A stretch of DNA of 64,000 nt, from NCBI GenBank assembly GCA_964566135.1, contig CAZMHM010000003.1, positions 15,856 through 79,855 of the forward strand. The letters are read 5' to 3'. The notes beneath the pieces were generated by a model that saw nothing but the letters and a program-made list of their open reading frames with translations, was not told the DNA's origin and did not search any database. Position numbers and translations under genes: made by a program. Position 1 is the first letter of the stretch, and every line of letters starts with the position of its first letter. This document shows positions 9,001 through 15,900 of the stretch, piece by piece. Origin of the DNA: an uncultured Candidatus Saccharibacteria bacterium (GTDB taxonomy: Bacteria > Patescibacteriota > Saccharimonadia > Saccharimonadales > CAIOMD01).

Positions 9001-11654
9001 CGACCTGGACAAGCGCTATGGTGGGCATGGTCTTTGAATTTACTGCATTAAACGGCACGACAGGCATAGTTCCGGTAACGATTACTGCGGTTAATAGCGC
9101 CACAAGCCTTACCGTTAACACAAGTCAAACATTCTCGAGCAACCCTGGCGCAGGGTATAGGATTCATACTCCTGGGTTAGTGGTCGACGCTTCGGGTAAC
9201 ACCGATATGCAGGTAACAAGTGCAACTGCGCTACAAGTAAAAAATGCCGCAAATTCTCAAGTTCTTACCGTCGATACTTCTGGAGGAAATTTGATTGCAA
9301 ATGGTGATTTCGAAACTTCTACCACTGCTGGCTGGGCGGCGCTACCTGCGGGGGCAACATCGCTCGCTACCAATACGGCCAATATTATGAGTGGCACTAC
9401 GAGCCTAGCCTTTACAAACCCAGCAACCGCAAATACGGGCGTTAAGGCTACGGCATTTACTCAGACTGTAGCTGCCGGTACGTATACTCTTAGCTTCAAT
9501 GTAAAGACTGCGACTGCGCTGGCGTATAACAGTATTATTGCTGGCTACAACCAGGGTGCTGCTGACGTACCATGTACTACCAATGTTGTTGCGCAGGGTG
9601 GAAACATGCCAACGGGCATCTTTACGCAGGTTAACTGTACGTTTACATCGACAGGTAACCTATCGTATGTATATATTCATCAAGGCGCTAGCACTACTGC
9701 GCGCACCATATATATTGACGGAGTGCGACTTGAACAGTCGAGTACTAGCGGTGGTTTCTCCGCGGGTGCAGTAGGAATCAACACATCAACCGGCTTTAAT
9801 AATCGTAATCAGCTAGTGGTTAATACGCCAACCACTGTAGCCTCTAATGCGGCAGTTGTTGTTCAAGCTAATTCAGCCGATCAAATAGGGTTAGTGTTGC
9901 AAGCGGCTTTAGCATCGTCTGCCAACGCATTCCAATATCGCCGCTACGACGGTACGGTTATGTATGCAGTAACGGGTGGTGATGGCCGCATGATTACAGG
10001 TGGTCCATCGAGTGTTGCAGTGTTAGGTGCAGATTCAGTTCAGCTAACATCATATGTACCTGGTTCAGCAGATTATGTTGGCCTTATGGTATCGGGCGCA
10101 GATTCACAAACAAAAGATTTGGTTAATGTTGGCAACCGTCGTAACGCTGGTGCATACACTAGCGTCTTCAATATTGCAGCAGAAGGTGCAACATTATTTA
10201 AGAACAGAGTTAATTCAACAACTGGATTCCAAATTCAAAATGCATCAGGCACGTCACTTCTAAAAGTTAATACAGGAGCAGGGACAGAGAACGTTGACTT
10301 AGGCGGTAGTCTTACTATGGGCTATTTCAGCGATATTCGGGCTGCAGAAACAGGCACGGCAACCTATACGGTGTCCACGGCAGCCTCGGCATATTATGTA
10401 TCGGCAAATAGCACTACTACGGCTGCATCGTTCACTACAACCTTTAATATCACAGGTGCTTCTACAACTGACGGTACCATTGTGGTTATTAAAGCTTCGT
10501 CTATAAAAGGTGTTACCGCGGCTAATCAGATACACACGGTGGCTGTGCAACTTAATGGTTCGACGGTAGCGACACTTGCTCCGGCGACCCAAACAACTGC
10601 TGTTACGGTAACTCGTACTATGATATTCATGCGCATGAACGGTGTGTGGTCATTAATAGGCCAGCCAGCTACCGCAAACGTCGCTAATACTTCTAACTCT
10701 GCAACAACAGCTGACTTTGCAGAATGGATTCGTTATAGTGGCAATACGGCGCCACAACCAGGTGAGATACTAGTTGTCGGTGACGATCCTACAAGCGCAA
10801 AAGTATCGACCACACCATACGATAAACAAATAATTGGTGTTGTATCTACGAGCCCATACGAAGTTGCTGGGGCGGAAGACAGCCATTCAGTGATAATTGC
10901 ACTTACCGGCCGTGTACCGGTTAAAGTAAGTCTCGAAAACGGTCCTATCCAAAAGGGTGATTCGCTTACCTCGTCATCTACGCCTGGTGTAGCCATGAAG
11001 GCCGTTAAAGCAGGTAAGATAATCGGAACAGCACTCGCAGACTATGATGGCACGCAGGTTGACAACAAGATTGATGTGCAACTTGGTGTAAGTTACGACG
11101 AGCCAGCATCTGTAAGCAGCAGCCTACAGGGCTCCGACTTAACAATAAGTGGCGCTGCTACCGTTAATGGCAATATGACCATTGGCGCTAACTTATATGT
11201 ATCAGGTACGGCAACGTTTAATGACTTGGTTGTAAATGGTAATGCAATATTTAATGGCAATCTTACGGTGCAAAATATCTCAGTCAAAAACATCACTATC
11301 AATGGGCACATTATTACTGCCGGCAACACACCTACAATTGCAGCTGGCGCTGCTGCGGGCGTAGCCGATACGCTTAATAATATTCCAGCGCCTACGGCTT
11401 CTGTAGACGGTAACGACACCGCCGGAACAATCACCGTTGTAGCTGGTGCAAACACCGTTGCAGGCGACTTTGTAGAGGTAACCTTTAACGCTGCGTTTAC
11501 TAAGACGCCTAAGGTTATCCTAAATGCTGGTAACGAATATGCGGCAAACCTTAAGTTCTACCGTGATGCCGATACAGGCAAGTTCCGCATTAAGCTGCCT
11601 CAGGCGCCTACTGCAGGCCAAACATATACATTTGATTACATGGTGGTGCAATAA
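1..11654 (+). CDS. Giant T/G/A/N/S-rich cell-surface fibre protein, paralog A; the 5' end lies upstream of the window (3,883 codons visible)
   Basis: Frame 3 is open from nt 3 to the TAA at 11652-11654; the ORF track starts only at an internal GTG at 243. nt 1-157 are 149/157 identical to 13531-13687, about 190 codons inside paralog B, so the true start is off-window. Modules read from the translation: TxxIG repeats, two GGxGG blocks, 17-aa NTAxG repeats, three CBM-like modules (NPGFE..GW / NPSAE..GW / NGDFE..GW, each ending [FIW][FIY]D), an LVIVD-type region, and a C-terminal module shared with B. Confidence 0.9.
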   Translation, partial: QTTNGAGTLSSTLAINTPTVGNQTFQIPDQAAAGTYTICIQNATGCGFLKRGAQDTSTLGTLTAGQYLYGFSNTSATASGVLSLTNGATSTGNTLYVTSSGNPAAGSALIVANAATGVTGNLIDLQLNAVSKFSVNQAGNVIAAGTITSGAVNGLTLTSAADGFTIAGGTASRTLTVTGANITIGSTITPTAAGALAVSANGANNLSLDGGTTGAVNINGSSSGDVNIAGGSGTTGCTVTNSTGALTCTAGITSNNNTINSQTLSSTALTFTGANPTISPSTANTGITLQANGTGALTLGGISTASNTINVGTAAGNTFTQTVNIGTSATAGSTTNVNIGSTVAGTTTLQGLLAISGGTNNGVYYRNSSGNVVNTAAGTTGQCLQGVTGAAPSWSACLSAEADTLATVTSRGATTATATSFTGGLTVSNGAATAIAVTSNATVPTADQLSITNTGSTGVTTAGVNGLSIAYKGGAAAVEAAGARVDLTPGTTSGGTWSGVRVVPNATGAVAGVTENALKIDTLTTPGAGTENAISVGTGWDAVLSYNGTVLINGTGIVQSAAVSGSYTGITGVGTLTVGTWNGTQIGATYGGTGQTTTTAGDLLVGAAGNTWNKVAAVASGSCLISQGVGVAPIWGACGATNIVQAPTNTAQNTITPTTTGTVGLTVNSTSFATGGATALIVNQTATAATAVDGVDININNATNPVTNGLLINKTGAGTITSLLNLTQGAGTTTNGIIFNGTITNDITTAAARALTVVTGTTGALSLDTGTTGAINIGTNVNNKTIQIGAGTGTAASSTVNIANSASAAQTVTIGSTNGASALTLQGGTGNINLSTNSSSASVIIKTLTNSTTAFRILDASNNQIFNVDTTTVNGTGAFKLGNSAYVQATNSSGLVQKLYMTDGFSYISFDNQSGPGGIELGGNVGVNGVIAGTTITATGGPIAAQAGNGTNAKPVLRVFPASVNGGDTTGTTGQTAGSGSGITLQTSTGGAATGASGANFGGAGGAFSVLTANGGAATSGTGGAGGDISLTAGNGGNGSTTGGRGGNITLAAGTVGTGGTPTQGKVIVKNIANSTTAFQVQNASSTPVLAVDTTNQTVKVRSLSDAASLGANLFANSCTGANWSGANPYTHTAGSTTVLTCTVPSITAGATYEVAYTTAGTTAGEYFTPSMGGSNGPRIYGDVSGTVVISTTTTANMTIAPTSAQTGSFTITSVKLVTNASTPLTVLDSTGTTRLEVRATTYNTALGLSSLQSNTTGSRNTAVGNISLQSNTTGSDNAAFGYAALQYNTTGFNNTATGSFALYSNSTGSNNTANGQNALSNNSSGYNNAAFGSAALQTNNVGIQNTGIGMSALAANTSGSNNTAVGYASQSGGTTTSNNTSVGYNSLQNATGSYNTAVGTSTFTGTISGVNNTALGFNAGTSNGGFTQVTNVDNATAIGAYALVQASNSLVLGQIPTPTKVGIGTTIPLNTFSVSPVDYAVGTISQTASATVVGSGTTFTAAMVGDQLIYADGVTDTVTGFTDATHITVTTSRTHSSSAYRLHYIGLQVQSNGTTYAQGNSATQLQVKNGQGVAVLNVDTANGQLQLGNYNGGTNAVAGKLVLNNTTNANGLTIVAGATASNYTLTLPTSAGSSNDCLKNSGTAGILTFGACASGITLQAAYNSSAGATPSIAVNSTNKAVVVQNSVTSSIAAGNEYFGVRAAGASDVVYGNSIFTVNSGGVGINIGGTGNPVTSYDLSFGQGANRTIGVQVQGTAATAGNNLTVSAGQGNTTGAGGVLILRGGTGGATGAGGDVTITGGTGGATSGNGGNVTLVAGTMTSGTAGSVILKPGVGGDKAGAISIQNAAGSSILGVNTSTGVVSIDNGDAAISLHDAASPNTWLIDNWAGGDLSIGIGGNDDFRLDGKYAYLGSSDLGSKLMFGDKQNNAYGNVMVGEYGNTDTDIAQLFGFSGTNLSYGYGTGSISQSGTTTVTGVGTSFDLSMEGATLAYADGTLDTVVTVNSPTSLTVTTSRTKGSDSNYRIIRNALSVNQYGETTFQSNSSGKSFAVLDSASNPVLSVDTSSSATTGWSSNWVINNGVNNKQNELENPGFEAATEDGQYSGWAGSGVLQNNATNARTGNHVMELPSANMDICEAKVHPVQPGDIIYYEGYVKRSVGGGGTGGFYVKVLDKDFTNPAFSSDTWTDPGTSYTLRANSYTVPAGKYYVEMCNTTSAGTTGSWFFDDLYMTISTERSWVTYRNTSNSTTAFQIQNAAGTSVLNVDTTNGNLLINGVTPTTFTGSFATTGAHWSLSKQADYIYSVRDGTSFQIIDATNPASMTNISTTTVSGANRLQSIQIAGKYAYISDFGTTQFYVYDVTNAAAPTLVKTVTTASNLTDLYVSGKIGFAVGTNRHIYAYDLTNPLNPLLLSDTTTPFTTGSVLGIKTLGNYLYITGNVSGTGKLFIYDWSNSSSLILKNGAGASTNTTSPQGLTVVGRYAYVYNRTTAASFEIFDISNPSTTSAHVGTLNLTAGGATSASSPQMVVVQGSTAYITNNSASKLEIVDVTTPSAPSLLGSVTTDTNPVSIAVDGRYAYVESYGSSTIKSYNIGGAYIQAIDAGNTAVTDLQVYNNATIAGNLTVYTGLNVGQSLNVNEDLGVAGDVKFQNSSNSSTAFAVQSASGYNQILVNNSDTNNNQVANPSAEQNTTGWNPRTGTTLTRDTTDEYAGVASFKLANTATANAGMNLPIVLTANTYYTMSFMVKTSSASSTLSYGYAADGATETLATCNPGSNQPCFVSSVAMGTGWTRTIIGITTPNTVNGGAYFFIKQSDAVARNIWIDAVRIESGGSGPQYREGVVSLGSNATLVGVNTTAPIANLQVQQSSSTFGLIVKGNGENFLGKQAVFSIQDSIGTSHVQFDELPNETRIYGGSDFWGSAGLWVGPQFTNAVGLRIQGQSGQTANLFDVMDSSTNRLVVISGSGGLGAGGVSIPSTTLNASPTYYSTGTAYQSGTTITGVGTTWTSAMVGMVFEFTALNGTTGIVPVTITAVNSATSLTVNTSQTFSSNPGAGYRIHTPGLVVDASGNTDMQVTSATALQVKNAANSQVLTVDTSGGNLIANGDFETSTTAGWAALPAGATSLATNTANIMSGTTSLAFTNPATANTGVKATAFTQTVAAGTYTLSFNVKTATALAYNSIIAGYNQGAADVPCTTNVVAQGGNMPTGIFTQVNCTFTSTGNLSYVYIHQGASTTARTIYIDGVRLEQSSTSGGFSAGAVGINTSTGFNNRNQLVVNTPTTVASNAAVVVQANSADQIGLVLQAALASSANAFQYRRYDGTVMYAVTGGDGRMITGGPSSVAVLGADSVQLTSYVPGSADYVGLMVSGADSQTKDLVNVGNRRNAGAYTSVFNIAAEGATLFKNRVNSTTGFQIQNASGTSLLKVNTGAGTENVDLGGSLTMGYFSDIRAAETGTATYTVSTAASAYYVSANSTTTAASFTTTFNITGASTTDGTIVVIKASSIKGVTAANQIHTVAVQLNGSTVATLAPATQTTAVTVTRTMIFMRMNGVWSLIGQPATANVANTSNSATTADFAEWIRYSGNTAPQPGEILVVGDDPTSAKVSTTPYDKQIIGVVSTSPYEVAGAEDSHSVIIALTGRVPVKVSLENGPIQKGDSLTSSSTPGVAMKAVKAGKIIGTALADYDGTQVDNKIDVQLGVSYDEPASVSSSLQGSDLTISGAATVNGNMTIGANLYVSGTATFNDLVVNGNAIFNGNLTVQNISVKNITINGHIITAGNTPTIAAGAAAGVADTLNNIPAPTASVDGNDTAGTITVVAGANTVAGDFVEVTFNAAFTKTPKVILNAGNEYAANLKFYRDADTGKFRIKLPQAPTAGQTYTFDYMVVQ
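3729..4364 (+). repeat. About 12 tandem 17-aa (51-nt) repeats NNTAxGxxALxxNTTGx inside paralog A (YadA-head/Hep_Hag-like or tail-fibre-like)
   Basis: Translation reads YNTALGLSSLQSNTTGS / RNTAVGNISLQSNTTGS / DNAAFGYAALQYNTTGF / NNTATGSFALYSNSTGS / NNTANGQNALSNNSSGY ... ending NATAIGAYALVQASNSLVLG. The period was counted by hand. Confidence 0.7.
6880..7790 (+). other. LVIVD-type beta-propeller region of paralog A (approximate bounds)
   Basis: Recurrent blades of the form YAY[IV]xD...[FL]x[IV][FYV]D[IV][ST]NPxxP, e.g. KYAYISDFGTTQFYVYDVTNAAAPTLV, RYAYVYNRTTAASFEIFDISNPS, TAYITNNSASKLEIVDVTTPSAPSLLG. Paralogous to 17900-18830 in B. Confidence 0.55.
11124..11651 (+). other. C-terminal ~175-aa module shared by paralogs A and B (beta-helix-like NGN repeats plus a terminal small beta-sandwich with an H-type-lectin-like pattern)
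   Basis: A reads ...FNGNLTVQNISVKNITINGHIITAGNTPT...VDGNDTAGTITVVAGANTVAGDFVEVTFNAAFTKTPKVILN...YTFDYMVVQ. This aligns colinearly with B: ...FNGNLTVQNIQVANITINGHIITAGNAPT...IDGNDTAGSITIVAGASTTAGDMANVTFTTTFGKAPRIILT...YTYNYQIMQ. The lectin-like label rests only on the VxFxxxFxxxPxV pattern. Confidence 0.7.
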
Positions 11655-11718
11655 CATGAGCTATCAATATCAATCACACCTTACATCGTTTATCACAATA
11701 TCATCCTCTAACTTCGCT

Positions 11719-11753
11719 GCTCTTATTGGTGGCCATTCGCCACCAATAAGAGC
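11719..11753 (+). other. Perfect 15-bp stem / 5-nt loop hairpin 65 nt after the stop of A, with no U-tract
   Basis: GCTCTTATTGGTGGC-cattc-GCCACCAATAAGAGC. An analogous U-less hairpin follows gene C at 53288-53314. Confidence 0.6.
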
Positions 11754-11907
11754 GCTTAGGGTAGCTGTGTAATCTCGCGGATACACAGGCCCAGGATGCA
11801 AAAAACAAAAACATTTTTGCTACCTGCAAACATACTCGTATGGCCACTTGCGCGTTTGGTATACCGCACTCGGGGTAAAGGGCTAGCAACAAATACAAAA
11901 TCCAACC

Positions 11908-11936
11908 AAAGCCGCACAGCAATGTGCGGCTTTTTG
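11908..11936 (+). terminator. Rho-independent terminator
   Basis: aaaGCCGCACA-gcaa-TGTGCGGCttttt: 8-bp GC-rich stem with A/U extension, followed by a T5 run. Confidence 0.75.
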
Positions 11937-11993
11937 TACCTATAAATTTATTCAAATAATCGTTTTTTATTTTTTATCTTTAATGATACTTTT

Positions 11994-12434
11994 ATTACTT
12001 TGCCGAGGCAAAGTAATAGCAAACCGACTGGGCGCAAATCAAAAAGACTCTTATCTGATAGTAATAATCACAAAGCACAAAAAGGACTTCACTCCGTTCG
12101 GCCCCTTCAAATACCAATAGAACTCTGGGGCTAACTTTTTGCCTTAGCTTTGATGATTTAACTCGTCTCTAAATCAGTATTAGATTTGATGCCCAGACTC
12201 ATTAATAACAAGATGTTTCTGCGATTGATGTCGGGCATCAGGGATACCATGGGCAGGATTGCCAAACTTACTAACTTCAAAGCAAAAAGGCTAGTCTAAA
12301 ACTCTACTCAAATATAATGAGTTTTAGACCGACTGCAAGGAGTCCTTTCTGCAGTTGTAAGGCTTGGCAAAAACCTGCACCACGGGATATATGCGCCCGA
12401 GAGTTTTTGTATTACTTTTTGGGTAAAAAGTAAT
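11994..12434 (+). repeat. Structured intergenic repeat family, copy 1 (variant 3' half), bounded by two ATTACTTT..AAAGTAAT hairpins
   Basis: Left hairpin 11994-12017 (ATTACTTTGC-cgag-GCAAAGTAAT). Long imperfect inverted repeat 12028-12196 (CTGGGCGCAAATC...CAAAAAG / CTTTTTG...GATTTGATGCCCAG). Right hairpin 12411-12434 (ATTACTTTTT-gggt-AAAAAGTAAT). The first ~210 nt align with copies at 21514 and 44840. Confidence 0.7.
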
Positions 12435-12704
12435 AAAGAAAGACCTGCTTTTAAATAGCCAGAAACTAATCAGTTTTGGTATGCAGCTTGCTTTAACCCT
12501 GTGGAAAACCTCCATACCCTCAAACCTACTCATTGTAAGTATCTCTACGTTTTGGTTATGTTGTTTTAGTTGTGTTGCGATAGCGCAGTGTGACGATTCT
12601 AGATTGAAGGGAGGTAAAATGTTGTTAATATAACAATATTTTGTGATATTGTTTTGCATGGGTTTGGTGCGTTTATTTGTATACATATATATACATAAAA
12701 CGTC

Positions 12705-12733
12705 TTGAATCGCCTCTGTTAAACAGATAAACT
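12705..12733 (+). promoter_or_regulatory. Putative sigma70-type promoter of giant gene B
   Basis: TTGAAT - 17 nt - TAAACT, ending ~8 nt before the start of the leader that is conserved with gene C. Confidence 0.45.
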
Positions 12734-12740
12734 GAGCTTA

Positions 12741-12965
12741 AGTTTGTCAAAACGAACATTCAAAGAGCAGATAAAGACGTTAAAAACAAAACAAGATTGT
12801 CCGCAGCGAGTTCATCGTCACAAAATTATGTGGCCGTAAACTTGAATAAATCTTGAGCAAAAAATCTTAAAAAAACACAAGAGATTTGCAGTAGCAACAA
12901 ACATGCTCGGCTCGTAAAAATACAAGACAAACCGCAGAAATTAAAACAAAGGTAACAATTCACAC
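12741..12965 (+). promoter_or_regulatory. Conserved ~225-nt 5' leader of giant gene B (paralogous to 45741-45962)
   Basis: AGTTTGTCAAAACGAACATTCAAAGAGCA...GACGTTAAAAACAAAACAAGAT is near-identical in both leaders. The shared blocks ATGCTCGGCTCGTAAA and ACAAGACAAACCGCA..AAAACAAAGG lie just before a GTG start. The leader is A/C-rich with only a weak AAGG ~15 nt upstream. Confidence 0.6.
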
Positions 12966-15900
12966 GTGAGTAGACTGTTCCGCACCAGTCCCATACTTTC
13001 ACGCACCCATAAAACCTCTGATGTAACAGTGGTACGGGTGCTCTTTGTCGTGTTTGCACTTGCGTTGTTTGTTGCAACGTTCGCTATATATCCTTATACG
13101 CGTGACGCAGGTACGCGCACAGCTAAGGCTGCAACTAACTCAACCCTCAACTTCCAAGCTCGTATCCTCACATCTGGTGGAGCAGTTGTATCAGATGGTA
13201 GCTACAACATTCGTTTCAAGATTTACACTGGTGGTACTAGTGGTGGCCCAGGCGGTATTGGTGCCGCTAACGCTGGTACACTACTTTGGACAGAAACCTG
13301 GCAGAACTCTAACAGCCAAGGTATTGTTACTAAGAACGGCTACATCAGTGCAGCCCTTGGTAGCATTACTGCCTTTAGTGGTATTAACTGGGATCAAGAG
13401 CTTTGGGTAACCATGGACGTTGGTGGTACTAGCGTTGGTGCATCACCAACTTACGACGGTGAAATGCTCCAAACCGGCAACAAGCGCATGAAGGTAACCG
13501 GTGTACCATACGCACTGGCTGCTGGCACTTTGCAAACCACCAATGGAGCCGGTACCCTCAGTAGCACCCTTGCTATTAACACTCCAACGGTTGGTAACCA
13601 AACCTTCCAAATCCCTGACCAAGCCGCTGCTGGTACGTACACAATTTGTATTCAGAACGCGACGGGTTGCGGTTTCCTTAAACGAGGAACAGCCGACACT
13701 TCATCGGGTGCAGCTGGTGCTGGTTACCTGTATGGTTTTACCAACTCATCTAGTGCACTCACTGGCGGTGTTCTGCAACTAGATAACGGTACCAACACTG
13801 GTAACACTCTCTATGTCGCATCATCTGGCAACCCAGCAGCCGGTAAAGCACTCATCGTTGCTAACGCCGCTACTGGTGTTACTGGTAACCTCATTGATCT
13901 CCAGCTCAATGCCGTCAGCAAGTTTAGTGTGAACCAGGCAGGTAATGTCATAGCTGCTGGCACAATTACCAGCGGTGCAGTGAACGGGCTAACCCTCACC
14001 AGTGCCGCTGATGGCTTTACCATAGCTGGTGGTACTACCAGCCGAACTTTAACCGTCACTGGCGCCAGCATCACTATTGGTAGCACCATTACGCCAACTG
14101 CAGCAGGAGCACTTAGCGTGACATCCAATGGTGCTAACGCATTAACACTCGATAGCGGCGGTGCTGCAAATGTAAACATCGGTACTGGTGCCGCCTCCAA
14201 AACCATCCAAATTGGCACCACTGCCGTAAACACTGGTAACACCCAAGCTATTGGCATTGGTAACACAGCAGCAGCCGGTACTACCAACGTCACAATTGGT
14301 GCAACCACTGGTGCTACTGGTGGTACCACCACCATCCAATCGCTTGGTACCCTAGCACTCGGTAACAGCATCAGCCCAACCGTTACCTTACAGTCAACTG
14401 TTGGTGGCACCATTAACCTTGGTACTGCAACTACCACCGGCACTATTAGTCTTGGTGGCACAAGTACCAGTGGCACTATTACCCTTGGTCAATCCAGTGG
14501 TGTTAACAACACCATTAACATTGGTGCAAACATAGCTAACACCTTCACCCAAACCATTAACATTGGTACCAGTGCAACAGGTACTACCAACACAACCATT
14601 GGTTCGGCAACTGCTGGTACTACTATCCTCCAAGGCACTACCCGCTTAAGCGCACTGACCACCAACGGTTTTGTTAAAACAACTGGTGCAAACGGAACCC
14701 TCGCAGTCAGCACTACGGTTGCGCTTGGTAGTGAGGTGAGTGGTATCCTTGGCGCAGCTAATGGCGGTACTGGCAATGGCTTTACCGCATTCAGTGGCCC
14801 AACAACAGCGACTAAGACCTTCGCACTACCTGATGTTTCAACAACTATCTGTACTACCAACAGTGTTTGTGCTGGGTACGCACCAAGTGCAACTAATGGC
14901 TATGTACAGTTGGCGCCGGCGTCAATCCAAGCTGATAGCACTACCAATACTAGTATCTTCCTGAATAAAACAGGTGCAAGTGGCAGTCTGCTAGATTTGC
15001 GAAACAACAACACGAGCATATTTTCTCTTGGATATTCGGGTGCCCTTACAGTACTACCAGTTCAGCCAGCGGCTCTTGCCGCTAATGGTACCTCCCAAGG
15101 CACCACGGTTAACTTTAATGGTGGAATAGGTGGCAACACTACTGGTACAACTGGCCAAACTGCGGGTCAGGGTGGCAATCTCTTCTTTAGTGGCGGTAAT
15201 GGTGGTACTGCCGGAGTAGGTTCTACGAATGGTAGGGGTGGTGATATTACACTACAGGGTGGTACTGCTGGTGCTGGAGCAGGTGGCGCAAACTTTAGTG
15301 GTAACGTACTGCTACAACCAAATACTGGCTTTAGTGTTGGCGTAGGTACTCCAACACCCGCTAACCAGTTCTCGGTCAATGCGCTTACGACTGCAGATGC
15401 TAATTATCGCGTTGCAATCTCTACTCGTGCAACAACCGATAAAGGCCTACTAGTTCAAGGAATCCTTAACCAATCTGGTGATTTGTTCCAGGCCCAAACC
15501 AGCACAGGTGCAACCCTCGCATCTATTGGCGCAACTGGCGCAACCGCATTTAAGAACTCGGTCGATTCTAGTAGTGCATTCCAGATTCAGACCGCAGCAG
15601 GTGTTAATGCAGTTAATCTTAATAATACATACGATACCAACAACCTATTTTCTGCTAACCCTAGTTTCGAGGTAAACACCAATGGTTGGGCTGCAGAAGC
15701 AGCGGGCGGCTCTATAGCTCGCACCACGACAGCGGGCCAGTTTTATTATGGTGATGCAGGTGGTGTGGTCACTACAACTACTACGGCTGGTACGGGTGTT
15801 CGCTATAACCTTACCCTTACAGACGCCACTGTATACAACCTGACTATTCCAATAAAAGGAGCAACGGCATTTAGCACACTACAAATTGGTTATGCATCTA

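Noticed and set aside
12324-12686. ORFs inside intergenic or repeat regions: 12324-12686 (minus, 120 aa), 11701-11955 (minus, 84 aa), 45065-45256 (minus, 63 aa), 11524-11772 (plus).
   Set aside because: None is conserved between the three repeat copies. They cross hairpins and terminators, and they show no RBS or motif.
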